From the NCBI RefSeq assembly GCF_009914755.1, contig NC_060929.1: DNA of 64,000 nt. One strand, written 5' to 3'. Source of the stretch: the human T2T-CHM13v2.0 reference genome, Homo sapiens. The notes below the pieces were generated by a model. It saw nothing but the letters and a program-made list of their open reading frames with translations. It was not told the origin of the DNA and searched no databases. The position numbers were made by a program, and so were the translations under genes. Position 1 is the first letter of the stretch. Each line of letters begins with the position of its first letter. Of this stretch, positions 44,191-58,559 are shown in pieces.

Positions 44191-46506
44191 TGTATTAGTC
44201 TGTTCTCATACTGCTGTGAAGAAATACCCAAGACTGGGTAATTTATAAAGAAAAAGAGGTTTAGTGGACTCACAGTTCCACGTGGCTGGGGAGGCCTCAC
44301 AATCATGATGGAAGGTGAAGGAGGAGCAAAGGCATGACTTACATGGTGGCAGGCAAGAGTGTGTGTGCAGGAGAACTGCCCTTTATAAAACTGTCAGATA
44401 TCTTGAGACTTATTAACTATCATGGGAACAGCATGGGAAAAACCCACCCCCATGATTTAATTACCTCCCAATGGGTCCCTCTCATGACACGTGGAGATTA
44501 TGGGAGCTACAATTCAAGATGAGATTTGGATGGGAACACAGCCAAACCATATCATTCTGCCTCTGCCCCCTCCCAAATCTCATCTCCTCACTTTTCAAAA
44601 CACAATCATGCCCTTCCAAAGTCTCCCAAAGTATTAGCTAATTCTAGCATTAACTCAAAAGTCCAAGTCCAAAGTCTCATCTGAGACAAGGCAAATCTCT
44701 TCTGCTTATGAGACTGTAAAATCAAAAAGCAAGTTAATTACTTCCTAGATACAATGGGGGTACAGGCATTGGGTAAATACACCCTTTCCAAATGGAATAA
44801 ATTGGCCAAAACAAAGAGGTTACAGGCCTCATGCAAATCTGAAATCCAATAGAGCAGTCATTAAACCTTAAAGTTCCAAAATGATCTCCTTTGACTCCAT
44901 TTCTCACATCCAGGTCACGCTGATGCAAGAAGTCGGCTCCCATGGCCTTGGGCAGCTCTGCCCCTGTGGTTTTGCAGGGTATAGCCTCCCTTCTGGCTGC
45001 TTTCATGGCTGGCGTTGAGTGTCTGTGGCTTTTCCAGGTGCACAGTGTAAGCTGTCAGTGGATCTACCATTCTGGGGTCTGGAGGATGGTGGCTGGTTTC
45101 TTATAGCTCCACTAGGCAGTGATCCAGTGGGGACTCTGTGTGGGGGCTCCAACCCCACATTTCCCTTCCGCACTGCCCTAGCAGAAGTTCTCCATGAGGA
45201 CTCTGCCCCTGCAGCAAACTTCTGCCCAGACATCCAGGCATTTCCATATATGATCTGAAATCTAGGCAGAGGTTCCCAAACCTCATTTCTTGTCTTCTAT
45301 GCACCCACAGGATCAATACCATGTGAAAGCTGCCAAGGCTTGGAGCTTGCATCCTCTGGAACAATGGCCTAAGCTATACCTTGGCTCCTTTAAGTCACAG
45401 CTGAAGCAGCTGGGATGCAGGGTACCAAGTCCTGAAGCTACAAACAGTAGCAGGGACCTGCACCTGGCCCAGGAAACCATTTTTCCCTCCTAGGCCTTGG
45501 GGCCTGTGATGGAGGGACTGCTGTGAAGGTTTCTGACATGTCCTAGAGATATTTTCCCCATTGTCTTGGTGATTAACATTTGGCTCCTTGTTACTTATGC
45601 AAATTTCTGCAGCTGGCTTGAATTTCTCTCCAGAAAATGGGGTTTTCTTTTCTATAGCATCGTCAGTCTCCAAATTTTTCAAATTTTTATGCTCTGCTTC
45701 CTCTTAAATGCTTTGCCACCAGAAATTTCTTCTGCCAGACACCCTAAATCATCTTTCTGGAGTTCAAAGTTCCTCAGATCTCTAGAGCAGTGGCAAAATG
45801 CTGCCAGTTTCTTTGCATAGCAAGAATGACCTTAACTCCAGTTCCCAAAAAGTTCCTCATCTCCATCTGAGACCACCTCAGCCTGGACTTTATTGTCTAT
45901 ATCATATCAAGATTTTGGTCAAAGCTAAGCCAATCAACAAGTCTCTAGGAGGTTCCAAACTTCCCCACATCTTCTTGCCTTCTGAACTGTCCAAGCCCAG
46001 AAGTTTCAAATGTTCCCACGTTTTCCTATCTTCTTCTGAGCCCTTCAAACTGTTCCAACCTCTGCCTGTTACTCAGTTCCAAAGTCATGTCCACATTTTC
46101 AGGTATCCTTATAGTAGCACCTGGTACCAATTTACTGTATTAGTCTATTCTCATACTGTTATGAAGAAATACCATAGACTGGGTAATTTATAAAGAAAAG
46201 AGGTTTAATGGACTCATAGTTCCACATGGCTGGGGAGGCCTCACAATCATGGTGGAAGGTGAAGAAGGAGCAAAGGCATGTCTTATATGGCAGCAGGCAA
46301 CAGCGTATGTGCAGCGGAACTGCCCTTTAGAAAACCATCAGTTCTCACAGACTTATTTGCTATCATGAGAACAGCATGGGAAAAACCCACCTCTGTGATT
46401 GAATTACCTCCCACAGGGTCCTTCCCACAACACCCACAACATGTGGGGATTATGGAAGCTACAATTCAAGATAAGATTTGAGTGGGGACACAGCCAAACC
46501 ATATCA
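44191..46506 (-). mobile_element. Complete THE1 MaLR (THE1C-like): LTR 44191-44554, internal 44555-46135, LTR 46136-46506
   Basis: Two ~365-bp LTRs (TGTATTAGTC...CCAAACCATATCA) around a ~1.6 kb THE1-int; perfect 5-bp TSD CAAGG at 44186-44190 and 46507-46511. Confidence 0.95.
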
Positions 46507-47475
46507 CAAGGAGTTGAAGCAGGAATGTTCCCAGTTACCATCACACTCAGTACTCGCCTTGGGAAACATTGCTTTTCATCACTACAACTCTGGGCTTTGC
46601 AAGGTTAGAGGTTCTGGTCCACAAAGGGGGCATACTCTTGCCAGGGGACACAGCTGGGATCCCATTGAACTACAAGCTATCATTGTTCTTGGCCCTTTGG
46701 ACTCTCTGTGTTTAGAAACCAGGAGACAAAGCAGAAGTCACTATTTTGGCAGGGGTAATTGTCAGCTGCTCTGGCCTGAGAAGAGTATTACTACCAGCGG
46801 CTCAGAGCCCTCAGGAATAAACATTTGGGTCCTACATTCAGATAAGCCACCTAGACCTACAGAGGTGATAGCTGAGAGTGAGGGGAAGTTAGAATGAGAG
46901 TGGAGAAGGGACATGGTGATTACTAGTTGTAGCCCCAAGGACAAATGCAGCAATGACAGGGGTAGTTCTCCCCATTAACCTCCTTCTTCTAAGTTTCCCC
47001 TCAGGGAAAGAGGTTCATGAACCATGGAGGGCTGCTCCAATATAGGGAATTGTCACAGTATCATTCTTATTTTTCATTGTTTGTTTTCACAGAGTTTTAT
47101 TTCCGTCTTATAGTTGCTAGCAGTTTTCTGCATTTTTTTCAGAGCTTTTGCATATAATTCAGCTATTTTTACCTGCCTTAAAACTTTTAAGCCACTGATT
47201 AAGCATATAAATGTTCAGAAGCATATATAATTATCAAAAATAAAGTAGCTTATTAAATCCAAAAAAGGTGACTTGTTTAACCTTACACATTATAGAAATT
47301 ATAAGCCTAATTTAAAAATGATTAAGTAAATAATCAGAAACTAATACCATTTTAAAAACTAGTCACTACCTGTCTTATGCTGTCAGTATCGACACATAAA
47401 TAGTGGATGTAATTTTCAGGTGGTTGCTGTGTGCTTTCTTATTCTTCGATTAGCATGAAACTCACACCCAGCTGA

Positions 47476-49451
<1,976 letters not shown>

Positions 49452-49484
49452 CCCTGTTTTTCCTTATATCGTTTGAGATGCACT

Positions 49485-49635
49485 GAAAACTCTGAGTTAA
49501 TTAAGACAGGTGTCATTTTTTTCCCTGCCAAAAATTGAAGCTCAAAGACACTTGGTGATTTGTTTTAATCACACACTATGAATGTTAAGTAGTTTTGGCT
49601 TATGAACCCTGCATCATCTGACTCCAAATTTTATT
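49485..49635 (-). mobile_element. MIR fragment
   Basis: AAAATTGAAGCTCAAAGAC...GGTGATTTGTTTTAATCACACACT...TCTGACTCCAAA. Confidence 0.55.
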
Positions 49636-50884
49636 CTCCTCCTCATGCTTTAAGTGGCCTCCCCTTCAAAGTAACAACCATGAAGATCTTCAGGAAAAAC
49701 ACATAATGAAGTCTTGACAAGAAGGGTCAGTTTTTTAATTTACAAGTTTCAGTGATTATCCATACCATTCAGAAAACTGTACCACGCCCTTGACATTTTT
49801 CCAGGGTAAGCAGCTTGCATTAGATGTTCCACTATGTTGATGTTTCCTATTATTAAAAATTATCTTTAATTATCTAAAAGATAAACAAATGCAATGGAGA
49901 ATACGAAAAGAAGCAAATAACATTAACTTTCAACTCAACATTCCAAATGAAATGATTTTCCACTCACCTTTGGGCTCATATTTTATGATATGCAGCAGAC
50001 CAGTGTTCAGCTTCATGCTGTTTTTCTGAAGCTCCTTTATTTATTTTTCATTAATCTGTCTCCCTTGTGTGCCTGGTGCTCAGTAATCTGCTCATCTGTA
50101 GCATGATCTATACTATAATCCATTGCTTCTCCCTCCATGCATTTTAATGAAATAAGTTTTGCCTCCTTTACATAACTGCTGTCCTGATTTCATACTGCAA
50201 CATAACCATTTACTGTCACATCATTGAAAGCAAATCTTTAAAGGAATACCTCAAAACAGAATAGATAACACAATTTTTATTTATTCCTTTTTTTTTTTTA
50301 AAGGGCTTTGTAAACTCAGCAGTGTTGTCATCATTTAATTTTAAGTAGGTGCTCAGGTTTGGACATAGATATTCCCTGGACAGCAATCCAAGTGGGAAAC
50401 ACATTGGTAGTCAGAATCCTTTGTCCCCTTCATGCTCCATCACTTGGCTGGGTGTTATGAACCCCTACCCTGCCTTTGCCCTGGCTATCCTGGGATGGTT
50501 TGTGTAGCCGAAGAACTATAGAAGAACCATGAACAATGCAGGAAGTGCTTGCTTGTTGTTGCTGTTTGTTTCCGTGTTCCTGCTAGCTTTGTCTTGCTCC
50601 TCTGGTTCCTGGCCATTGGCATGGACTTGGACCTACTCCTCTGCGCTGCCCACCAGTATCTGCACATTCCAGGCCTGTGTTTGCCTGCCTGGCTTCTGAC
50701 CCTTTCTCCCTGTGTGAGATCTGATTGACTGCCTTGCTCTGACGCTGGCATCCTGGATAATGTCCTCCTCTTGGCTGTTCTCGGATTACCGCTCGTTGTG
50801 GACTTCTGCTTCCACATTTGCCACAGCTTGCACCCATTGTTGGTCTTTTACTTCATTTTCAATCTCGCATTAGACTTTTGGGTC

Positions 50885-52450
50885 CTTCATTCATTCAACA
50901 ACCAACTATTAAGTGCCTCATGTATGTAGTTGATACAAAGATAAATAAGACATAGGCTCTGCCCTTATAGAATTTACTGACTAGAAGATAAATAGACCCC
51001 CAAAAGGGATGGATCCGAATTTTGAGGGACCTGTGGCTTGTACAAATTTGGGGCCCTCATTAAGAAAAAAATTGCAATATTATATATATTTAGCTAAGAG
51101 CCTTGGAAGGGGTCTATGCAAGTGAAGACCCTAAATCTTCATTAGTTTCACAGTGAATTCACCTGTGTGCACAAACAAATTTTAAAAGGAAATAACAGGT
51201 AGAATGGAGATAGTTCTGGGGTAGAAATATGCAGGGATTATTATGAGGACACCCAGGAAAGGCAACTAACCCACTTTGGGTGTGAGCAATGGTTTCCTGG
51301 AGGAGGTTTCCCCTGATCATTTCTAAAGCCTGAGTGCTATTAAACTAGATGAAAAAGAGGGGAAAGGAGGAGGTGGGCAGAGTGTTCCAAGCAGAGCACC
51401 CAGCATGTAAATGAAGACCACAACAGTAAGTCCTGGGTACTGACAGCAGCTCCATTTTCCTGGAGCATAAAGCACATAACAGATAGAATGGAATGGTGAG
51501 ACTGGATACAAAAAGTTGGGATTAAGGCACTGAGAGTCTTTGTGGCACAATAAGGATTTTGAATGTTACCTGTTGCTTAAATGTTCATCTCAGATAAAGC
51601 ACCCTGGCAGAAAAATATGCAAGTATGGCAATCAGTTCAGAGATGTGGCAGTTGTTTAGGCAAGAGGTGACAGAGTTATGAACTAAAGACATAATCTCAG
51701 GAGTAAAGAGAAGAGATGAATCAAGAAATATGTAGATTAAATGTCAGGTTGATGAAGAGTAGAGAGGATCCTCTAGGCTTTCTAGCTTGGGTGAAAGAGG
51801 GGATGGTAGAAACATTAGATGAAAAATGGGGCAGGGAAGGAAGATGGTTTGAGAGAAGACCACGTATTTAAGCAACTCAATGGAAGTGCGTTTTTTAGAA
51901 AAGTGGTATCTGAGTCAAGCTGGGGGAGAAATCTGGGTGAGAGGTGCACATTAAAGAAGAATCATCACAAAAGTAGTAGTTGAAGACCAGGAAAGGAGTA
52001 AGCTAACTCAGGGAGGTGTAGAGAGAAAGGAGTGCAGGAACCAAGATGGGAATCTGGAAAAGCAGCTTGGGAAGGCATCAGAGCAAACCAGAGGGAGGCA
52101 TGAGGAAGCCAGGGGAGTACAGTGTCACAGCTCTCAAAAGAGTAAAAGGATTCAACATGCCAAATACTACAGCCTTGCAATTAAATGACTGAAGAATGTT
52201 CATTGGGTTTGTCAATAGGATTTAATTGGAGATGAGGATGAGGGTACTTGGAGAGCACTGATGGGAATAGACCAGGTGTCAATAGGTTGAGGATTATATG
52301 GGAGGTGAGGAAGTGGTGACAATGACTATGGGATGCTGTAAGGGAATTTTTGGGTGAGAAAGGTTTGAAAGCTATTGGGCTTGAGTGATTGGAATCTAAG
52401 AGATCATTTCATTTCATTTCTTTTTCCTTTTTTAAAGGTGAGAGATGCTT
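50885..52450 (-). mobile_element. L2 LINE (antisense), interrupted by an Arthur1A-like element
   Basis: Starts TTCATTCATTCAACAACCAACTATTAAGTGCC; purine-rich body with GGTTTCCTGGAGGAGG and CAGAGTGTTCCAAGCAGAG. Confidence 0.8.
51004..51167 (-). mobile_element. hAT-Tip100 MITE (Arthur1A/MER69A-like)
   Basis: AGGGATGGATCCGAATTTTGAGGGACC...CTTCATTAGTTTCACAGTGAATTCACCTGTG; termini match, in reverse, those of the longer element at 55840-57796. Confidence 0.65.
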
Positions 52451-53990
52451 GAGCATTGTAATAGGCTGAGTGTTCAAGTGTTTAGAAGGTAAGATGGGAG
52501 GTGGGCTGGACCCAGGTCCTATTAACTATGACATTGGCTGCCTGTTGTCCCTGGGAACCTGAACTCCTGATCCTTTTGCTCCTTCTAGAAGATTAAATTT
52601 ACCCCTTTCTACGACGACTAGTACAGATCTGGCTGGTTGATCTTAATAATCTTTAATGTTTTCTGTCTACTCTGAGGTTCGCTGATTGATTTATTGATGG
52701 CCCAAAGAAACATAAGTGCATTTTTTGGTCTAGCATAGTATATTGAGTCAGGCTGCCATGGAATAAGAACAGAGGAAAGAATGAAATACGGTGGAAAGGA
52801 ATTATCCTTACCCTGTGACATCCCTCTCCATTCTGTAATGAGCATTTCCTTGCTGACTTGCCCTGGTAGAGAGCTATTTGCTTCAAAGGGAATAGCATTA
52901 TTTTTGGGTAGAAAAAGATCAGGTAATGGTAAGTTTGTTATTATTTCTGGAAACCTGTGATTTAGGACATTATTAAAACCGCCGGTAGCCATTCTAGAGG
53001 TAAGGGAGATCAAAAGCTATGTCCCAGAGGCCATCTCAAAACTGTGAAACTCAGTTCCCTGCTTGCTAGCATCTGAGAGTAGAGAAATTAGGCTCTGACA
53101 ATAAATGTAAAAATGGCTTATAAACCAGAACAGGCTCTACAAATGTCAGTTATTTCCATCCTTTCTGAAAGACTATTTGCAGAAATATTTGCCTGAAGAC
53201 CCCGTAGTACACAAAATGAAGCAACAGTAATTCAAAGGCAATTGTATTCCTCTTTAAAGCATATGTTTTACTGCAGCATGGGAAACTAAACCTCATTTTC
53301 TGCTTAATGCCCACTTGACAGACTTAGTGGAATAAAAAGTCACCCACCATCTCTCATGTACTGCATAAGTGTGTGCTGAAGCAGGCTTGTTATTGAGTAA
53401 CCACAACACAAAATGAAAAGCACTTTGTCACCATGCCTCCTCAACTGCTGTGTGAATGCTAAACCTCCAATAAAACCTGTGAGCACTAAGCACAATTAGT
53501 ATTAGTGTTAGAAAGACTTTCACCCATTTGGGGGAGAAAATATGCACTACATAGTTACAATCAGGAGAATGACTAGCCATGTGCAAACAAAAAGAAAAAA
53601 CGGTAGGATTCATAGTGGGTAACATTCACCATTAGTGCTCAGGGACACACTGAAATGAAAACAGGCACATTAAAAGAAAAAAAGAAGCAGCAAAACAGAA
53701 ACATCGTCTGTATGATCTGACAAGAGAAAACCTTTCCCTCCCACCAGACCCAATCACACATATCTTACTTATTGATACTTGAATATATATGAAGATGACT
53801 TTATTTCTCTAGTTCAAGGCTTTGCTCCTGGTTAAAACACAAATTCCTGGGAAAGTAATATTGTTTGAATCTGTGTCCCCACCAAATTTCATGTTGAATG
53901 ATGGATTTCTCATGAGTGGTACCCTGTTGGTACTGTCCTCATGATCGTGATAGAGTTCTCACAAGATCTGATTGTTTGTAAGTGTATAGC

Positions 53991-54029
<39 letters not shown>

Positions 54030-54206
54030 GTCTTGTTGCTCCAGCCATGTGACATGCCTTCTCCCCCTTCACCTTCTGCCATGATTATGTTTCCTAAGGC
54101 CTCCCCAGAAGCTGGGTAGATGCCGGCATCATGCTTCCTGTACACCCTATGGAACCAAAAGCCAATTAAACCTTTTTTCTTTATAAATTACCCAGTCTCA
54201 GGTGTA

Positions 54207-54216
<10 letters not shown>

Positions 54217-54262
<46 letters not shown>
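54217..54262. repeat. (TA)23 microsatellite
   Basis: Read directly. Confidence 0.95.
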
Positions 54263-54578
<316 letters not shown>

Positions 54579-54769
54579 TAGCAATGTGAGAACGGCCTAA
54601 TATAGAAAGGGAGCGTTTAAAATTTCTCATCATTTATTGCTTCATTGCTCAGTGTCTGGCTCTATTTTGAAGCAGGAAGATGGATTCTAAGTGGAGTGGA
54701 GGGAGAATGGAGAGGCAAGAGGCAGCCCATGCTCTCTCCACAGTCTGCTTAGGGCCAGAGAGCCCAGGG

Positions 54770-55282
54770 TGTTGCAGCAGACCCACCCAATACCCATCCT
54801 TCTCTGTGGTGTCAAAGTCTCAATTTTCATTCTAGGTAGACATGTATCCAGTGAAGGACCACATTTCCAAATATTCCCCCATCTCACTTCTTGCAGCTAG
54901 GGGTGGCTAATAAGATACAGGCAGAAGTGGTTTAGCAGAACTTCCGGGAATACTCCTAAAAAGGAAACAGGCCCCCAGGAGGCATGTTGCTTGCCTCCCC
55001 ACCTCTTTTCTCCTTCTTTCTGCCAAGAATGCACATGTGATGGCCTGCAAAGGGCTGATGCTCCAGCAACCAACTTGTAAGTGTGAGGATAAGGGCCAGT
55101 ACTGTTGAAACAGAGAGCTGAAAGGAGCCTGGATTCCTGGTGACAGTATGGAGCTCTTATGCCAGCCCTGAACTGCTCGCCATTGGATTTACCACATGAC
55201 AAAGAAATAAATCTATCTTAGTTAAGTCACTCTTTGTTTAGGTCTCACTACTCAAAGTTGAACTAAATTTCTAACTGACACA
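54770..55282 (+). mobile_element. MaLR solo LTR (MLT1J-like)
   Basis: CTTCTTGCAGCTAGGGGTGGC...GGAGCCTGGATTCCTGGTGAC...AAATAAATCTATCTTAGTTAAGTCACT...CTAACTGACACA. Confidence 0.7.
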
Positions 55283-56399
55283 GATGTATATACACTTGTG
55301 TAGTAAACACAAAAGCAAATAAAATAAAAACCCAAAATAAAATAAAACTTTTTTATTTTTATAAAATAAAAAGCAAAATTTAAAAACCCTGGCCAAAGTT
55401 CTGTATCTGGCTCTGGATCCCACAACTGAAGATGGATTTGGACAACTTGTTAAGCTTTCAGAGCAGATCCGTGCTACACACACACTCATCACATACCACA
55501 CACATGCATTATCTTGTCCAAATAGATTTATGAAGCATGTGATTGCCTGTAGTATTCTACTGAGTTTCATGATAGGAATATTTCTTGTTTTCAAGTAGTT
55601 CACAATGCATGATAGATCACGCAGATGCAGGCACAATAAAATATTTGAAAAACAATAACTACAAACACAAGTTAAAAAGACTAGGAATATTTGGATAGAA
55701 TATAAAAAGTGATATAGAATGTCTATCCAAAAAGATTATTGTACAAAGAATTTTGACCTGGTAGTTCACATATCATGTGAGAACAAAACAAGTGAGAGTG
55801 CTCCTGAAATAGAAAGGATTTTACAGCGGAATGGACTTTCAGAGAAGGATTTACTGAGAAATCAATGCAGCTGACCCTTCAGGGCCCTGCATCCGCATGG
55901 CCACTTCCAACATCCCAGGAAACGTGCTAGACGTATGTTCACAGGTTCTTCTATTTTTGTAAAATTCGTGTTATAATTAACACATTTTCATCACTATCAG
56001 TTTTGATCACTGCTTCTTTCCAGCCCGACTTTATCTGTGTCATACTTCCCTTGTGTTGGGTGGGGGCAGAAAAAGTAGGGGCATCTCTGGGATCCAAGTA
56101 AGAGGAAATTGAACTGAGAATGCCTTTAGTTTGCATTTAGTGGACTATAGTTATGAGCGTCACAACTGCTTCTGTGCATAGTGAAACTGTTCCCAGCCAT
56201 TTGGTGAGGAAATACATTCCAGGAATCTTCTTTTGTCCACCGTGGCATCATGACCTGAAGGTGTGGGTCCAGAAACACTGCCCTACAGCATCCCATGCCT
56301 GAAGTATCTGAGCAGTAACAGAGGACCAGGTTGGAAATGTAGAAAGCCAGAAGTTACTCTGAAATGTTCTTTCAATGATCTGATGTGCAATATTTTGTA

Positions 56400-57020
56400 T
56401 TTTAAAAATGCAGTAAAACACACATTAAAGTTTATCGTCTGAACCATTTTTAAGTGTACAGTTTAGTGGCATTAATTGCATTCACACTGTTGTGCAACCA
56501 TCATTACCATGGATCTACAGAAGTCTTTTCATCTTGTGAAACTGATACTCTGTACCTATTAAATATGCTTGCCACAAAAAGACAAATATTCATATGATTC
56601 CATTTTTGTGAGGTTCCTACAGTAATCAGATTTATAGAGACAAGAAGTAGAATGGAGGTTTTCCATTCCCCTTTCTTCCTGTCCCTGGCAACCACCATTT
56701 TACTTTTTGTCTCTATGAATTTGATTACTCTAGGAACCTCACATAAATGGAATCATATAATATGTGTCTTTTTTGTGACAAGCATATTTCACTTGGCATA
56801 ATGTCATGAAGGTTCAGCCATGGTGTCTCATGTGTCAGCATTTCCTTCCTTTTTAAAGCTGAATAATATTCTATTATATGTATATCCCACATTTTCTTTA
56901 TTCATTCGTCTGTTGATGGACATTTTGGCTTGCTTCCACTTCCCGGCTATTAAAAAAATGCTGCTACAGACATGGGTGTCCATATATCTCTTTGAGTCAC
57001 TGCTTTCAGTTTTTTGGTGT
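56400..57020 (-). mobile_element. Old L1 (L1MA/L1MB-like) 3' end containing an inverted duplication
   Basis: AACCATTTTTAAGTGTACAGTTTAGTGGCATTAA...CATTCACACTGTTGTGCAACCATC...TTTAAAGCTGAATAATATTC. Confidence 0.85.
56561..56789. repeat. ~100-bp inverted repeat with short spacer (hairpin)
   Basis: 56561-56660 is the reverse complement of 56690-56789, with 9 mismatches and 2 single-base gaps by manual alignment. Confidence 0.92.
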
Positions 57021-57523
57021 ACTTTATGTTTAAAATTTTAAGTGGAGGATTAGTTTCTCATTGATGCCTAGTTAAAATGGAAGTTCTTGAGTCTTAGGAA
57101 TATCTTTTATGATGCAGTATATGCAATTATAAACACACCACATATATGGTTTTTCCTTTTTTCATGAGACTTACACAAAATAGAATTAGACTTTCTGTAT
57201 TTGGAGGCACAAACCTATGGCAATACTATGAAACAGTAATGATGTCCATGTGTGAAGTCATGTTTTATTCATCCCAACTGTCAAAAAACATTTTGATCAA
57301 CTATACTAGAGGAAAGACTGACTTATTTTTCTATTTTCTCTACAGAAAATGTTATAAAATCATTCATAAGAAGAGGCGATCAAATAATATGTCACCAATG
57401 AATGTGGAAAACAAGTATGAGACAGTAGTGTCACGCAGTTAATGCACAAAACATATTCTGTTTTTTTTCTGGATTTTGTGGTGTTTGTAGTCTTTGTTAG
57501 CTTTTAAAAATGTGCAATTTGTT

Positions 57524-57650
57524 CCTTTTTCTGGAGAACGGGCTCTCGCTATATTGCCCAGGCAGGTCTCGAACTCCTGGGCTCAAGCTATCCTCCCACC
57601 TCTTGCCTCCCTGAGAGCTGGGATTACAGGTGTGAGCACCGCGCCTGGCC
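57524..57650 (-). pseudogene. BC200 (BCYRN1) RNA retropseudogene, 3'-truncated and tailless
   Basis: Minus strand reads ...CCCAGCTCTCAGGGAGGCAAGAGGTGGGAGGATAGCTTGAGCCCAGGAGTTCGAGACCTGCCTGGGCAATATAGCGAGAGCCCGTTCTCCAGAAAAAGG, carrying BC200-specific changes relative to FLAM-C; perfect 18-bp TSD. Confidence 0.92.
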
Positions 57651-58559
57651 AAAAATGTGCAATTTGTTATGGCTTCTTATGCTGAATGTATACTTCCATT
57701 CTTACCTATTTCTGTATGTGTAATGTTGTGTTGATTTATTAAAGAGGGACCCAAATCGTATATGTTTTGGGCCCACAAAATCTGGATCCTCCCCTTTGGG
57801 GAGGAGCCTCAGTTGCCTTGGCTCAGGGGATCTCAGTTTTCTTCAGCTCCTTCCCACTAGATGTCCTGGCCTCCCAAATTTCTTGTGTTTATGTGTGTCC
57901 TGCGCATTGCATGCGGGCTTTTCCCATGGGGTACTTAGGCTGGGACTGAACAAAGTCTAGCACTGATAGGCATCATTCCACTGGGCACTCTGTCAGAGGT
58001 GCTGGCTGCAGTCAAAGTGAAGTCTCTTGGCGCAACCAACAGGAGCTAGCAGAGAGGGTTCTGGCAAAGGTTTGGGAGGTTCATGCCTAACTCAAGGCTG
58101 GGCACTTGGTGGGTAATGAGCCATGAGCTTCTTTGAACTTATAGTTAGCTTTCAGTTCTTGGGTAAATTCCACAGGATAGGGTTAGAGGCTTCTTCACCA
58201 ACCCCTCTCTCCCTACCCCTGGTCAAAGACCCTGATTTCTTCTTCGTCTGGAGGAAATCCCCCTCTTTCTTTGAGTATTCATCACAGATGCTCCTTCTCT
58301 TCTGAATATCTTTTCTCTTACTCTTTAAAAATAGACCCTGGATTATTTATCAGGCCAATTATCTAATCCCTCCTTCCTGGGGTGGCGAGAGAGGCTGTTA
58401 ATCTTAAAGTCCTTCCAGAAGAATAAGAGAAACATTATATTCTAAGTACTTTAAAGCAGCAAAGCAAGAGAAGAAAAGCCACAGTTGCTATATTGAAATA
58501 GTCTCACTCATTCATATCCTGACACATAAATAACAAGGATTAAAAAAATTTGGAGGTGG

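Larger units (their letters stand above)
39406..47040 (+). mobile_element. Degraded HERV16/ERVL internal region (gag-pol remnant), interrupted by MST and THE1C
   Basis: RT motifs VLPQGY (41841) and YIDDIML (41941); integrase ECPICQ (~43656) and GQVCYTGPL...TIQGLLQCLIHRHGI (ORF 43730); many stops and frameshifts; no 3' LTR recognised. Confidence 0.85.
55840..57796 (+). mobile_element. hAT-Tip100 DNA transposon (Arthur1B/MER69B-like) hosting L1 and BC200 insertions
   Basis: Starts CAGAGAAGGATTTACTGAGAAATCAATGCAGCTGACCCTTCAGGGCCC; ends AAAGAGGGACCCAAATCGTAT...AAATCTGGATCCTCCCCT. Confidence 0.65.

Noticed and set aside
45940-46050. Internal direct repeat in the THE1 internal region
   Set aside because: As I recall it is part of the THE1-int consensus rather than locus-specific
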